Of a stretch of 64,000 bases of DNA, positions 13,201 to 25,524 are shown in pieces. The stretch lies in NCBI RefSeq assembly GCF_006345805.1, contig NC_042998.1:19840001-19904000 (forward strand), in the 5' to 3' direction. This DNA is from Octopus sinensis (Eukaryota). Position numbers and translations under genes: made by a program. The notes beneath the pieces were generated by a model, which saw only the letters and a program-made list of their open reading frames with translations, was not told the origin of the DNA and ran no database searches. How positions within the stretch are numbered: the stretch's first letter is position 1; every line of letters begins with the position of its first letter.

Positions 13201-13635
13201 CTAAAGTTAGTGGAAACAGAAGACGAAGACAGGTGAGGGAACAACTAGCAAGTGTATTTGTTTGACGCTCAGGAAGTTTGGGAGAGTGTTTCATGTTTCG
13301 ATCCTACGCTCCTCTGCAGAAAGGACTGAGAGGGGAAAAACGGGGATAGAAAAGAACTGTACAAGGATTAACGGTTAAACATGATGAAAGTGTATATACA
13401 TGTTTCCATGTGTGCACGCGCGTGTTGGCATCCACAATTATGTTTAAACCTTCTAATTTTTCAACAGGGGATATATCCCACATCGCATAGAATATACCTT
13501 GGTCATATGTGTCGCTTGGATGCATCATCAAACCGCTTCTTTGTACTTTAGGTATCTGTTTCTTCAAGCAATTGAAGAACCAGAGCCGGAGATTGAACGT
13601 AAAGGCACGTAACTATATGGTATGGCGTTGCTTTT
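13201..13635 (-). mobile_element. Penelope-like element remnant with degenerate hammerhead-like 3' end
   Basis: Decayed AIPYS... thumb-like translation. The 3' end is homologous to 56850-56978; both carry CTGYNGA-GAGC-GTAG-G(C/A)TC-GAAAC and end in (TA)n. Confidence 0.55.
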
Positions 13636-13713
13636 ATCGGTTTCCTCCCATCCCTCTCATCCTCCTCCGTATACACACATACACACTCAAACACAACTGA
13701 TTGTATATTATAT

Positions 13714-13881
13714 ATAGGCGTAGGAGTGGCTGTGTGGTAAGTAGCTTGCTAACAAACTACATGGTCCCGGGTTCAGTTCCATTCCCCGGCACCTTGGGCG
13801 AGTGTCTTCTCATATTGACTTGGGCTGACCAAAGCCTTGTGAGTGGATTTGGTAGACGGAAACTGAAAGAAGCCCGTTGTA

Positions 13882-13939
<58 letters not shown>

Positions 13940-14165
13940 AGTGTGTATAAGTTTGTGTGTCTGTGTTTGTCCCCCCAAACATCACTTGACAACCGATGCT
14001 GGTGTGTTTACGTCCCCGTAACTTAGCGGTTCGGCATAAGAGACCGATAGAATAAGTACTAGGCTTACAATGAATAAGTCCTGGCGTCGACTTGCTCGAC
14101 TAAAGGCGGTGCTCCAGCATGGCCACAGTCAAATAACTGAAACAACTAAGAGAGTAAAAAGAGTA
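13714..14165 (+). mobile_element. SINE family B
   Basis: Full-length copy with internal (TA)n. Confidence 0.9.
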
Positions 14166-14235
14166 TATATTTCGTGAGCATGCGTGCATCTGTACACGTG
14201 TATGCATGTCTACATGAGTGTGGGTTGTTCATATT

Positions 14236-14266
<31 letters not shown>

Positions 14267-14719
14267 AAGCGAGTTGTAGCTTTCAAATAAACCGTTAATT
14301 ATTGCATATAACATTTGATCAATAATGTAGCATATTTATTGTTTCATTTTACATTCGTGTTAACTGATCCATGGAACCACATGACGCCGTTTCCAATAAG
14401 CATATGTAATTAGATATAACGATATCCACATGTTGTTTGACCAATAAAGAATTCCTAGTGAGTCGTTACATAAGTTCCGTTTGGCCAACAAAACGAAATC
14501 ATATGTAGCTATTAATATAACTTGACAAGAGAAACTTAGTATTAACCGGAGCTTGCATCTCGGTGCCTACGCGTGGAAGTGATGAGAATTTCGAAACGAT
14601 ATTTTGTAGGATCAGAGCACGTGTTATAATCACATACACCAATCAAGTGTTGCTTGCTAATTTTTTTCTTATTTTTTACTTTTTGTTACTGAGTATAGTC
14701 TACTGTGCAACAATTATAT

Positions 14720-14723
14720 ATGA

Positions 14724-14757
<34 letters not shown>

Positions 14758-15590
14758 CGATAAAGATGATGATGAGGAGGATGACGATGTTGATGATGAT
14801 GACGATGATGATAAAGATGATGATGATGATAATGATGAAGATGATGATGATGATGAGGAGGAGGAGGAGGAGAGTGAGCATGATGATGATGATGAGGAGG
14901 AGGAGGAGGAGGAGGTGGAGGAGGAGGTGGATGAAGAGGAGGAGGTGGAGGATGATGAGAAGGAGGAGGTGGAGGATGATGATGATGATGATGAGAAGGG
15001 GGAGGGTGAGCATGATAATGAGGAAGAAGGTGGAGGATGAGCATGATAATGATGATGATGAGGAGGAGGAGGATGAAACAATGACGACAGCAATAGCCAC
15101 GCGGCGAAGCCCACGTCAGTATAACGACAACGACGACGATGACGATGATTATGATTACGATAATGACGACGACGACGACGACGAGGATGATGACGTCAAC
15201 GACAATGATGCTGGCAACGACAGCGATGGCGACGATGTCGCCGAAAGTAACGACGTCGACGATGATAACGATGTTGATTTTGGTTGTGGTGGTGGTGGTG
15301 CTGAGCGGCAGGGGCGGCAGGGCCGGCAGCGGCGGCGGTGGTGAGGTTGATGAGGCGGACCAGGATGCCGTCAGCAATGATGATGATTATATTCGTCATA
15401 TTGCTTAACTCGATGAATATGTGGAGTCTGATATGGATGTGATGATGAGCATCTTCGTAACGAGTACATTTAGCATGGTGAACAAGTATGATCATAGCTG
15501 ATAATAACGATAAATATGACGGACGTGATGATGATAACGATGATGATGATGACAACGTCTACGGTGATCGTTAACATTATGACGATGATG
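14720..15590. repeat. Compound trinucleotide microsatellite (GAT/GAG/GAC/GGT/CGG)
   Basis: Direct reading; local duplication GAGCATGATAATGA. Confidence 0.92.
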
Positions 15591-15599
15591 GTCGTAATA

Positions 15600-15833
15600 T
15601 ATTTCTTTACTACCCACAAGGGGCTAAACACAGAGAGGACAAACAAGGACAGACAAACGGATTAAGTCGATTAAATCGACCCCAGTGCGTAACTGGTACT
15701 AATTTAATCGACCCCGAAAAGATGAAAGGCAAAGTCGACCTCGGCGGAATTTGAACTCAGAACGTAGCGGCAGACGAAATACCACTAAGCATTTCGCCCG
15801 GCGTGCTAACGTTTCTGCCAGCTCGCCGCCTTA
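15600..15833 (-). mobile_element. SINE family A
   Basis: 15-bp TSD ATGATGGTCGTAATA (15585-15599 and 15834-15848). Confidence 0.92.
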
Positions 15834-16334
15834 ATGATGGTCGTAATAATAGTAGTAGAAGTAGCGGTAGAGTTAATAGTGATAATGATGACTGCGAGAA
15901 TAATAATGACTTTGATGATAAACTTTTCCGTATTTTTTTTTCCTTCACAGCTGATAAAAAAAAAATCATTTTAGTGAAATACAGTTTTCCAAACAGATGG
16001 TCCACAGAAGAAAGTGAAAGAAAAGCAATTAGAATTATTAATATGTATATATAAACAGGCAGAACGATATAAACATCAATAACTACATCTATGACACGTC
16101 TTTTTTCATTCGCTGTAAAAGTTTAACGTGATAGTTGTCACAATATTCTTTTAAAATGTTTGATTCGTTTACAATATTTGTCAAATTGTTTTTTTTTCAT
16201 ACACATGTAATGTGTTTGTGTGTTTGTGTGCGTGTGTGTGTTTGTATGTGTGTGTGTGTGTGTGTGTGTGTTTGTGTGTGTGTTTGTGTGTGTTTGTGTA
16301 TGTGTGTGTTTGTGTATGTGTGTGTGTGTTCAAT

Positions 16335-16617
16335 ATTACAAGAGGGAAAAATTCAGCTTCTAATGGATTATGACTGCCATCAGAGTAAACAGAAGATTGT
16401 GGATGCAAGTATGTAGGAATTTTAAAAGTAAATTATAATGCACATGAAGATATAAAATAAAAAGTTTGGAGAGATATATATGAAGAGTACAAAAATTATT
16501 TTAAAATCCAACCTTAAAGTGAGAGAGCTAGATACTGCAAGGAATATCTATGCATTTGCTGTGATTAGATATAGTGCGTCCGCTCTAAGGTGGACTGAAG
16601 AGGAATTATGGAATCCT
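16335..16617 (+). mobile_element. R4/Dong-type RT thumb fragment
   Basis: CKYVGIL...; IILKSNLKVRELDTARNIYAFAVIRYSASALRWTEEEL; homologous to part of 40909-42380. Confidence 0.65.
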
Positions 16618-16845
16618 TAGGGCGGCGAGCTGGCAGGATCGTTAGCACGCCGGGCGAAATGCTTAGCGGTATCTTGTCTGCCGTTACGTTCTGAGTTCAA
16701 TTTCCGCCGAGGTCGACTTTGCCTTTCATCCTTTCGGGGTCGATTATATAAGTACTAGTTACGTACTGGGGTCGATTTAATCGACTTAATCCCTTTGTCT
16801 GTCCTTGTTTGTTCCCTCTATGTTTAGACCCCTCCCACCCCCCAT
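16618..16845 (+). mobile_element. SINE family A
   Basis: Head GGCGGCGAGCTGGCAGGATCG and typical body. Confidence 0.9.
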
Positions 16846-17334
16846 TGAACCATTCCTTTAAAGCTTTATGTAACATACATTTTTTAGCATATTTCACTTC
16901 AATGTTTAGTTTGGAAACTGAAAATATTATGGTACTTATATTCAATAGACAAGCACACCAATTTCTTATACATTACAGAATCAATTCTCAGCAGTCATTC
17001 TTAAAATAATTTTATATGGCTTAGGTGTAACTGAAATACCAAAAAAAAATTCTCTAATATCGCTAGTTAATTTTTTTGTTTTGTATTCTTCAATTCGATT
17101 CGTGGACACGTAATTCTGGTAACGAATGTGCAATCAGGTATTAAATATAATCCAATTTTAGTAGTTTTACTCAATATATTTAATTATGCTTTAATTTGTA
17201 ACAGAAATTTCAAGCGAAGTTGTGTACATTGATTACATTACAGAAAAATACAACTAATTAATTAGAATATGTGTTATGAACAAATTCAGTTACTAATACT
17301 CATTATTATCTTAATGTCAATATGTTGGAGGTAA

Positions 17335-17545
17335 TGGTAAGTTGGTGAGCTAGCAAAATCTTTAGCAAGCCGAGAAAAATGTTTGGCAGCATTTCTTCCG
17401 ACTTTACTATCCAAGTTCATATACCGCCGGGATTGACTCCCTTTTTATCCTCTTTCACGAGGGTGGGGTGACAAAAGAGGTATCAGTTTAGTACTGGGGT
17501 CAATGCAATCGACTTAGCCTCTTCCTCGAAATTTTTGGTCTTGTC
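17335..17545 (+). mobile_element. Diverged SINE family A relative
   Basis: GTGAGCTAGCAAAATC head; GTACTGGGGTCAATGCAATCGACTTAG. Confidence 0.65.
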
Positions 17546-17871
17546 TTGTCACAACTCCACCATATTGTAAACATTAACCCGGTAATCAATAAATTCCTGA
17601 CAAATTGACAAACTCTTAGAGCTTAATCTAATTAGATATAATTGTGTATTATAAAAACAAACTCATTCAAAAAAGAAAGAAACTGATTTACCTCTAAAAA
17701 ACATTTGATAGTCCTATAATGTTCTTGCATCATTTGTATGTATTAACAGCTTATATTTTCAATTTCGAAAATTAGTTTACCTGTTTCGAAGAAACACAGA
17801 TTTATTGAATATCAGATATATTGAATACCATATATACGATGTGATTATTTATTTTAAATATAACGAGACCT

Positions 17872-18090
17872 AAGGCGGAGAGCTCGCAGAATCGTTAGCA
17901 CGCCGGATAAAATACTTCGCGGTATTTTGTCCGTCGTTTCCTTCTGAGTTCAAATTCCGCCGACGTCGACTTAATATTTCATCCCTTCGAGGTCATTAAA
18001 ATAAGTACTAGTTGAACACGGGGATCGACGTAATCGACTTGCCCCCTCCCCCAAAATCCAGTCTTTGTGCATATAAGTATAAAAGATTGT
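17872..18090 (+). mobile_element. SINE family A subfamily with alternative tail
   Basis: Family A head and body; tail CCCCTCCCCCAAAAT..GTCTTTGTGC instead of AATCCC..CCCCTTGTGGG. Confidence 0.75.
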
Positions 18091-18686
18091 TACAAGACAT
18101 TTATTTCTACTTATGCCGATTATCAGTTAACTCAATTTCTATAAATAACTTGAAATACAATGTTTATTGTCTTAAAATGAAAACCCCTTCACTCATTAAC
18201 CAAAGGTAAAATTTCATTACTCTTGTAAATGAATTTCTTAATGCTGTGACACTTATAACTTCACCAAGGTGTGCAACTGAAGTGAAATAATTCTTCTTAA
18301 ACTATACTTATTCACGCTGTAAAATACAGTGTCACACGATTAATCACATACTCATGTCTCGTACATACTGGAAGTTGTCGAGGTGAATCAAAAGTAATTC
18401 ATATTACTAAATCAACAGAGAAAAAAAATATATTGTGAAAACTGTGTAACTAAGCATTGTAAACTATACTATATAACTAGAATTTGAAATTTAATGTTCT
18501 TGCATGAGTATCTGTAATATTTTCTCCCTCTGCCGCGTAGGCATTACATATTTTCCTCCCAGTGTGAATTGGTTTTCGGTGTACATTTCGGAGGTCGGAA
18601 AATAGGGAATCAAAATGAGTTAGCACGTTGACACACCTGATCTTAAAACACTATTGTATTATTTTAATAAATGTATAACGTAGAAT

Positions 18687-18950
18687 GTGGAGGCGCGTGG
18701 CTTAGTGGTTAGCGTGTCAGCACCATGGTCGTAAGATTGTGGTTTCGATTCCTGGACCGGGCGACGCGTTGTGTTTTTTGGGCAAAACACTTCATTTCAC
18801 GTTGCTCGAGTCCACTCAGCTGCCAAAAATGGGTAACGCTGTGATGGACTGGCGTCCCGTCAAGCTGGGGAACACATACGCCATAGAAACCGGGAAACCG
18901 GGCCCATGAGCCTGGCTAGGCTTTAAAAGGGTGCACTTATTATTTCTATT
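18687..18950 (+). mobile_element. SINE family D, full length
   Basis: 13-bp TSD TATAACGTAGAAT (18674-18686 and 18951-18963); boxes A and B present. Confidence 0.92.
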
Positions 18951-20104
18951 TATAACGTAGAATACCATAGAAGTCTAGGTTTCCAGTTTCAGTTTAACTG
19001 AGTAAGTTTTCACTTACTGTTTTAGAAATACATTTCAGAGTCGATAGCTGTCTGATGCCATACTTTTACTCATGCTGGAAAATGTATCTCGGATTTTACA
19101 ATAAATTATAATCAGTTGCTTATATTTCAGATTACAACATCTGCCAGTATATAATTGTTTATAAAATAACATAAATTTAGTGAATAAATATGTGCTGAAT
19201 AGAATTTTGTTGGTCTCTTGTTGTCTTAATATCGCCTTACTATAAGTTATAACAGAAGACAGTCATATTAATGAAGATATATCACTAAATAAATGTTCAA
19301 TATAGCCTTTGAAGTGTTGTTTCATAACAGAGATATTTAATATAGCTGAATAAATAATTGCTTTTGAAGTTCTAATGTTTATAAATGCATTGGAGAGACG
19401 AATTTATTTGTAACGTTTTCTCTATGCATATTAAATGAAGACAAATTTGTACGAAGGGTATCATTTTAACGTTAATTGATAATATCTTCAAATTAGCTTT
19501 ATATAAAACGAAAAGTGAAGCATGATGGTATTTTGTTCACATATTTTATATTTATCCTTATTATGTTTGAAGGTGATGTGAAAGAACAAGAATTTCCAAG
19601 TCTATATTCTTAGAAAATATTATATATTCTGTAAATATATTTTAAGTGGTTTTTATTTTCTGTCTGCTAGCAAAACTTCCAGAATTTATTTCGTAGAATT
19701 ATTATCAGAATATCATTTGGTACATTCAGCATTCAAGTTTCAGAATATAAAACTACAAACATACGTTTTGCAATTCTGGTTAATTCTTTGTTTTCTAGAG
19801 TGTACGATAGTGATGTAATTCATTCTGAAGGTAACAGAAATCAGCATAGTATCGATTTTACAATGCAATAGAATCAATCTTTGCCCGAAGAGTTAAAATA
19901 AAATTTGCATATACGTAACGCAGCTGTTATAAAATGAAAAATTATGAAATTTTTCCGAAATAATATTAAATCATGGCGCCTTTATGTTAGCTTTTTAAAC
20001 TACACCCACTCATGTATCCTCTTTTTGGATATCGGCGTGTTTCATGATAGTATATTAATATCACTTACCCGGATAAAAGTCAACTGACGGACAATTATGA
20101 AAAG

Positions 20105-20500
20105 AAGGCGTGGGAGTGGCTGTGTGGTAAGTAGCTTGCTTACCAACTACAAGGTACCGAGTGCAGTCCCACTGCATGGTACCTTGGGCAAGTGTCTTCT
20201 GCTATAGCCTCGGGCCAACCGAAGCCTTGTGTCTGAATTTGGTCGACAGAGCCAGAAAGAAACCCGTCGTATATGATTGTATGTGTGTGTGTACATATAT
20301 ATATATATATGTTGCCGTTTGTCCCCTAACATCGTTTGACAGCCCATGTTGGTGTGTTTACGTCCCCGTAACTTAGCGGTTCGGCAAAAACGATTCGATA
20401 GAATAGGTAATACGCTTACAAAAAATACGCCCTTGGGTCGATTTGTTCGAGTAAAGAGGGGCTCCAGAATGGCCGCAGTCAAATGACTGAAACAAATAAA
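20105..20500 (+). mobile_element. SINE family B
   Basis: Diverged full-length copy. Confidence 0.88.
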
Positions 20501-20559
20501 TGAATGACAGAATAGAATGTTATTGTTTCTTCCCTCACTTTACACATTATTCTTTTACA

Positions 20560-21130
20560 TTCATACATATATACTCACACATACATACATACGTGCATAC
20601 ATACATACATACATACATACAACATACATACATACATACATACATCATACATACATACATACATTCATACATACATGCATTCATACATACATACTCACAC
20701 TTACATAAATACATACATACATACATACATACTCACACTTACATACATACATACATACATTCATACATACATTCATACATACATACATTCATACATACAT
20801 ACATACTCACACTTACATACATACATACATACATTCATACATACATACATACATACATTCATACATACATACATACATTCATACATACATACTCACACTT
20901 ATATACATACATTGATACATACATACATACATTCATACATACATACATTCATACATACATACATACATACATACATTGATACATACATTCATACATACAT
21001 ACATACATACATTCATACATACATACATACATACATCCATACATACATACATACATAGATACATACAATCATACATACGTACATACATACATATATACAT
21101 GCATACATACATACATACATACATACATAC
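20560..21130. repeat. (CATA)n microsatellite
   Basis: Direct reading. Confidence 0.97.
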
Positions 21131-21989
21131 TCTGTATGTATTTATGTTGGTACGCATGTACATGTCTATATATAAAATGTTGTCCGATTACTTTTTACGT
21201 TCACGTTCTCCTCACCAACATCCTACACATTGTTGTTTTCGGTTTTGATATTAACTTTTTATCGTTGTTACTTCTGTATTATATTGTTTACCACGTCCAT
21301 ATTTCTATGCGCTATTTGTTATATTTTTTACTCCGTGTCAATGATAGGACACTGTACGTGGCATAATCCACAGTCTCGGCCGTATATATTTCTTTTCACA
21401 TATCCCGGCAATCGAACATTCAGTACATATCCTCCTACACGTTCCTCATCTCCAAATATACTTCAATGTATGTTTTTCAATGACACCGAATGTTGGTCGT
21501 GGCCTGTGATTTTGTCAGCAATTTTGGACATCATGTTCTGTTATATTCATGTCTTGTTTTCTGTTTTCATCGAGTTTCTTTGATGTCAAGAGTTTCTGTA
21601 AATCATTTATATATTTAGTTATATTTTCATTTATGCGCTCTTTTATATGCCCACTACTATATGCATAATTCAATTTCGGTTTAAGTATATTTACAAATGG
21701 GCGTCGATCTCTTTTGATACGTAATAACATATGATTAAGTGAAGAGCAATATTAAAAGTGAATATAAAATTATGTGTACGCAGTAATAACCAGCACGATG
21801 CAATTCCTTTCGTTTCAAATATAATATTGGATCAAAGAACATGAAAGACGCTCGACATAAAGGAATTTTCAATACATATTTCGTATATTATGAAAGAAGT
21901 AAAAGGAAAACAAAACAAAATGGAAGCCAGGTGAAGAACCTTGATTTATGGTCTTCATCAGTGGAAACGTTTCCCCCTTGTAAATATTT

Positions 21990-22024
21990 CATATGTATAT
22001 ATATATATGTATGTATATATATAT

Positions 22025-22123
<99 letters not shown>

Positions 22124-22440
22124 ATATATATACATATATATACATATATATAAATATATATATATACATATATATATACATATATATATATATACATATA
22201 TATAAATATATATATATATATGTATATATGTATATATATATATGTATATGTGTGTTTGTATGTATGTAAATATTAATATATTATATATATATATATACAT
22301 AAACACACGAACGTATGCATGTATGTATATGTATATATGTATATATATTATATATATATATATGTGTGTGTGTGTATATATATATGTGTATATATATATA
22401 AATTTATGTATGTATTATTTATATATATACTGTGTGTGTG
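21990..22440. repeat. (TA)n/(TG)n microsatellite
   Basis: Direct reading. Confidence 0.95.
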
Positions 22441-22699
22441 GATAGAGAAAGCAAAGCAGGCGTGTTCTTGTGTATTTTAGTTATTTCGTCTTAACATGCT
22501 TCATAAAGACTGAACAAAATATCAGTTATATTAGGAAAAAACCTCTAAGTAGATTACATTGTTCAAACGTCAATGATTGCTAACACTCATAAGTAACCTT
22601 TCAAATTGACACTGTTATGGTTTCAACGACCATAACATCATTGTTATTGAAATACGTGAATGATAACGTAACTAAATAATTTACGAGGAAAACCTCTTA

Positions 22700-22736
<37 letters not shown>

Positions 22737-22890
22737 TTTGGAGCAAAAATACGGGAGATTCAGCATACACCACGTGGCAAAATCAGGAGTTGAAAATATG
22801 TGGAAAACGTAAATAAAAAGTGAAAGAGAAATGTCTTTCTTTCACGTAGTTTACTATCATTTTATAAAGAAATTATATATATATATATAC

Positions 22891-25018
22891 ATAAACAATC
22901 AAAAACCTCACCACAGTCATACTCCAACTCGGCCAGGGACTCACAGAAAAAGAAAGGGATTATATCACCAATTTGAAATGCAAGCCTAGCCTTTTTTATG
23001 GCCTTCCTAAAGTCCATAAAAACAAATACATCACCGAAACCTGCAAAGTCTCCTCTGACATCCACATCAACATCAAAGCACCGGAGGACCTAAACTAAGG
23101 CCCATCGTGGCTTGCACCTCCTGTAAAACACACCGCTTGAGTAATTTCCTAGACAACCTTTTGAAACCTTTCCTTACTCACATCAAAAGTTTCATTAGGG
23201 ATGATCTGGACATGCTCAAACATCTCCCGAAAACAGTTAACGATGGGGCGCTCCTGGTGTCCTTTGATGTCATCAACCTCTACACCAACATCCCACATAA
23301 ATATGGTATTGAGGCAATTGATTTCTGGCTAGAAAAACACCCAGGAATTCAGCAAACAGCATCTCCCTTTCCTTGATCTCCTAATTATAAAAACACATAA
23401 GAACCAAATCATAACAGACATCTACCACAAACCTACAGACTCACAACAATACCTCCTCGTAATTCATGCCACCCAAAACACACCAAGACAAATTTCCCTT
23501 TCAACTTAGCTAAAAGGGTATGCACCATTGTCTCGGATCCAAAAACTCGAGAAATACGCCTTCAAGACCTCAAAAAACACTATCGCAATGCCAATATCCC
23601 TCCATCCTTATAGAGTATGGAATAAAACGTGCCAAAGAACTAGACAACATTACACTGAAAACCACCCAACCCAACAGCATACACAACCCCAAAATACTTC
23701 CATACATTTCCACCCACAACCCCAAAAATATCGAAGCATACACCACAATCATACAAAACCTCATTCTACTGTAAACAGACCCAAAAATGAAAAACATTAT
23801 AAATACACACAAAATCCTCAAATGTAAGAGGCAACATAAATCTTTGAAAAAATGCCAAACTTCACACACCACATCCACCCCCAGCAGTTAAAAAATGTGC
23901 ACGCCCAAACTGTGCCACCTGCCCCTTCTTACTTGAAGGCTCTGAATTTATCTTCAAACAAGGAACTAAGTTTAAAATCAAGACCAACTTCTCCTGTTCC
24001 TCCGAGAACGTTATCTACGTTCTCACATGCGCCGGTGGCCAACATAATTATGTTGGACAAACGAGCCTCCCTTTACGTAAAAGAGTAGCGGTCCATAAAG
24101 AACAAATAAATCTCCCAGAATACCGGCAAATTCCATTAAGTAGCCACATAGACTCATGCGCTAAAGACAAAAATCCCAAATTTTACATATTCCCCTTCTA
24201 CCAATGTAAAGACGGAATCACCACACAAGAGAGAATTAACAAGGAGAATCTTTTTATTGAAAAATTCAAAACGCATCTTAATATGCAAACTCCTCGTTGA
24301 TCATACTTCTTTTTCTACCTCATTCTTCATGGATGGTCTAATACACATATATAAGGATATCATGCAGTCATCACTTCAAGCTAAAAGTTATATTCTTTAT
24401 TTATCATTATTATTATTGTTGTAATTATTATTATTATTATTTTTTTATATATGACATAACAATCTGAAATGTAATTAAAAATTGGTTTATATAAATTTAT
24501 ATAATTAGAAAACAATATAAATAAAGTGTTAAAACCTGAATGTTAAGTTAGCAAACAATTATATAAAAAAAGATAATGCAAATGAAGCTAAAATGATAAT
24601 TTTATAATTTAAGGTTTATTAACACTCTTTATTACAAAACATTGATAACCCCAATTGAAGAGCTTAAAACCCACAGAGTTGTCTCCCCTTACTCACAGGA
24701 ACTGGATAACTACTTCCCCATTTCCTGTTTTGACATTCATTTAACAGACATCCTAAATTAAACAGCACATGGATTTAATCACATGGGTCTCAATCCTCCA
24801 AGGTAATTTTTTCAAGAACTATCATTCAACTCGAGATACACAAAGACTTTACAATGTATCGGTGTACCTATTTTTTTAATTTTTGTATATGTTAATTATT
24901 ATTTTTTTGCAAAAAACAATGTAATATTATTTTTTCCCCCTCCCCAATCGTAATTTTTTTTTCTTTTCACCTTACAATTCTTGAAAAGTCACATTGTGAC
25001 GAAAACCGGTTTGAATTG
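22891..25018 (+). mobile_element. Penelope-like retroelement, 5'-truncated and internally deleted (RT plus GIY-YIG endonuclease, 3' UTR with hammerhead)
   Basis: FYGLPKVHK, LVSFDVINLYTNIP, PFLDL, TDIYHKPTD, SCHPKHTK, CATCP, NVIYVLTCAGGQHNYVGQT, stop at 24298-24300. The RT catalytic YxDD region is missing at about 23345. Frameshifts are present. Confidence 0.92.
24975..25018 (+). ncRNA. Minimal type I hammerhead, U3:A8 core variant
   Basis: CAATTC-TTGAAAA-GTCAC(ATT)GTGAC-GAAA-ACCGGT-TT-GAATTG: 6-bp stem I, 5-bp stem II, palindromic stem III AACCGGTT. Confidence 0.65.
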
Positions 25019-25118
25019 ATATATATATATTTTGTTAAGTTTTCAAAATTTTCCATACACCCATTTTCATTAAAATTTTACCTCAATTTAGCATTCTGCC
25101 TTTTTATAATTTTTCCTG

Positions 25119-25169
<51 letters not shown>

Positions 25170-25173
<4 letters not shown>

Positions 25174-25376
25174 AAATGAAGAAAACGCTGACAAAATAAT
25201 TTAAGTAGTTTAAGTAATTTAATTAGGTAAAAGTTCTTTTTACCGGTTGCGCATTTGTTATGCTTGGAAAAAACTTTTGATAAGCATAACAAATGCGCAA
25301 CCGGTAAAAAGAACTTTCACCTAATTAAATTACTTAAATTCTTAAATTATTTTGTCAGCATTTTCTTCATTTCCTT
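25170..25376. repeat. Near-perfect foldback / MITE-like palindrome
   Basis: Arms 25170-25265 and 25282-25376 are reverse complements with few mismatches; 16-nt spacer; TA flanks. Confidence 0.9.
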
Positions 25377-25524
25377 TTTTATATATCACAACTCGTGTTC
25401 CACATCTCCTTTTTTAAATATATATATATATATATATATTGCATATGGATGTCGTGAAATCCAACAGGTTTTCGTTATTTAAATTTGTTTGTCAAGGGTC
25501 ATTGTGAAGTAATGAATTCTTGCT

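Noticed and set aside
14575-14605. GTGATGA-GAATTTC-GAAAC motif
   Set aside because: C3 is missing, stem II is marginal, and there is no stem I or stem III.
14686-15555. Poly-Asp/Glu, poly-Ser and poly-His/Pro ORFs
   Set aside because: All six frames are open because of trinucleotide repeats; there are no convincing splice sites or non-repetitive coding context.
21929-21970. Hammerhead-like CCA-CTGATGA-AGACC...GGT on the minus strand
   Set aside because: GAAA and stem III are absent; at best a decayed remnant.
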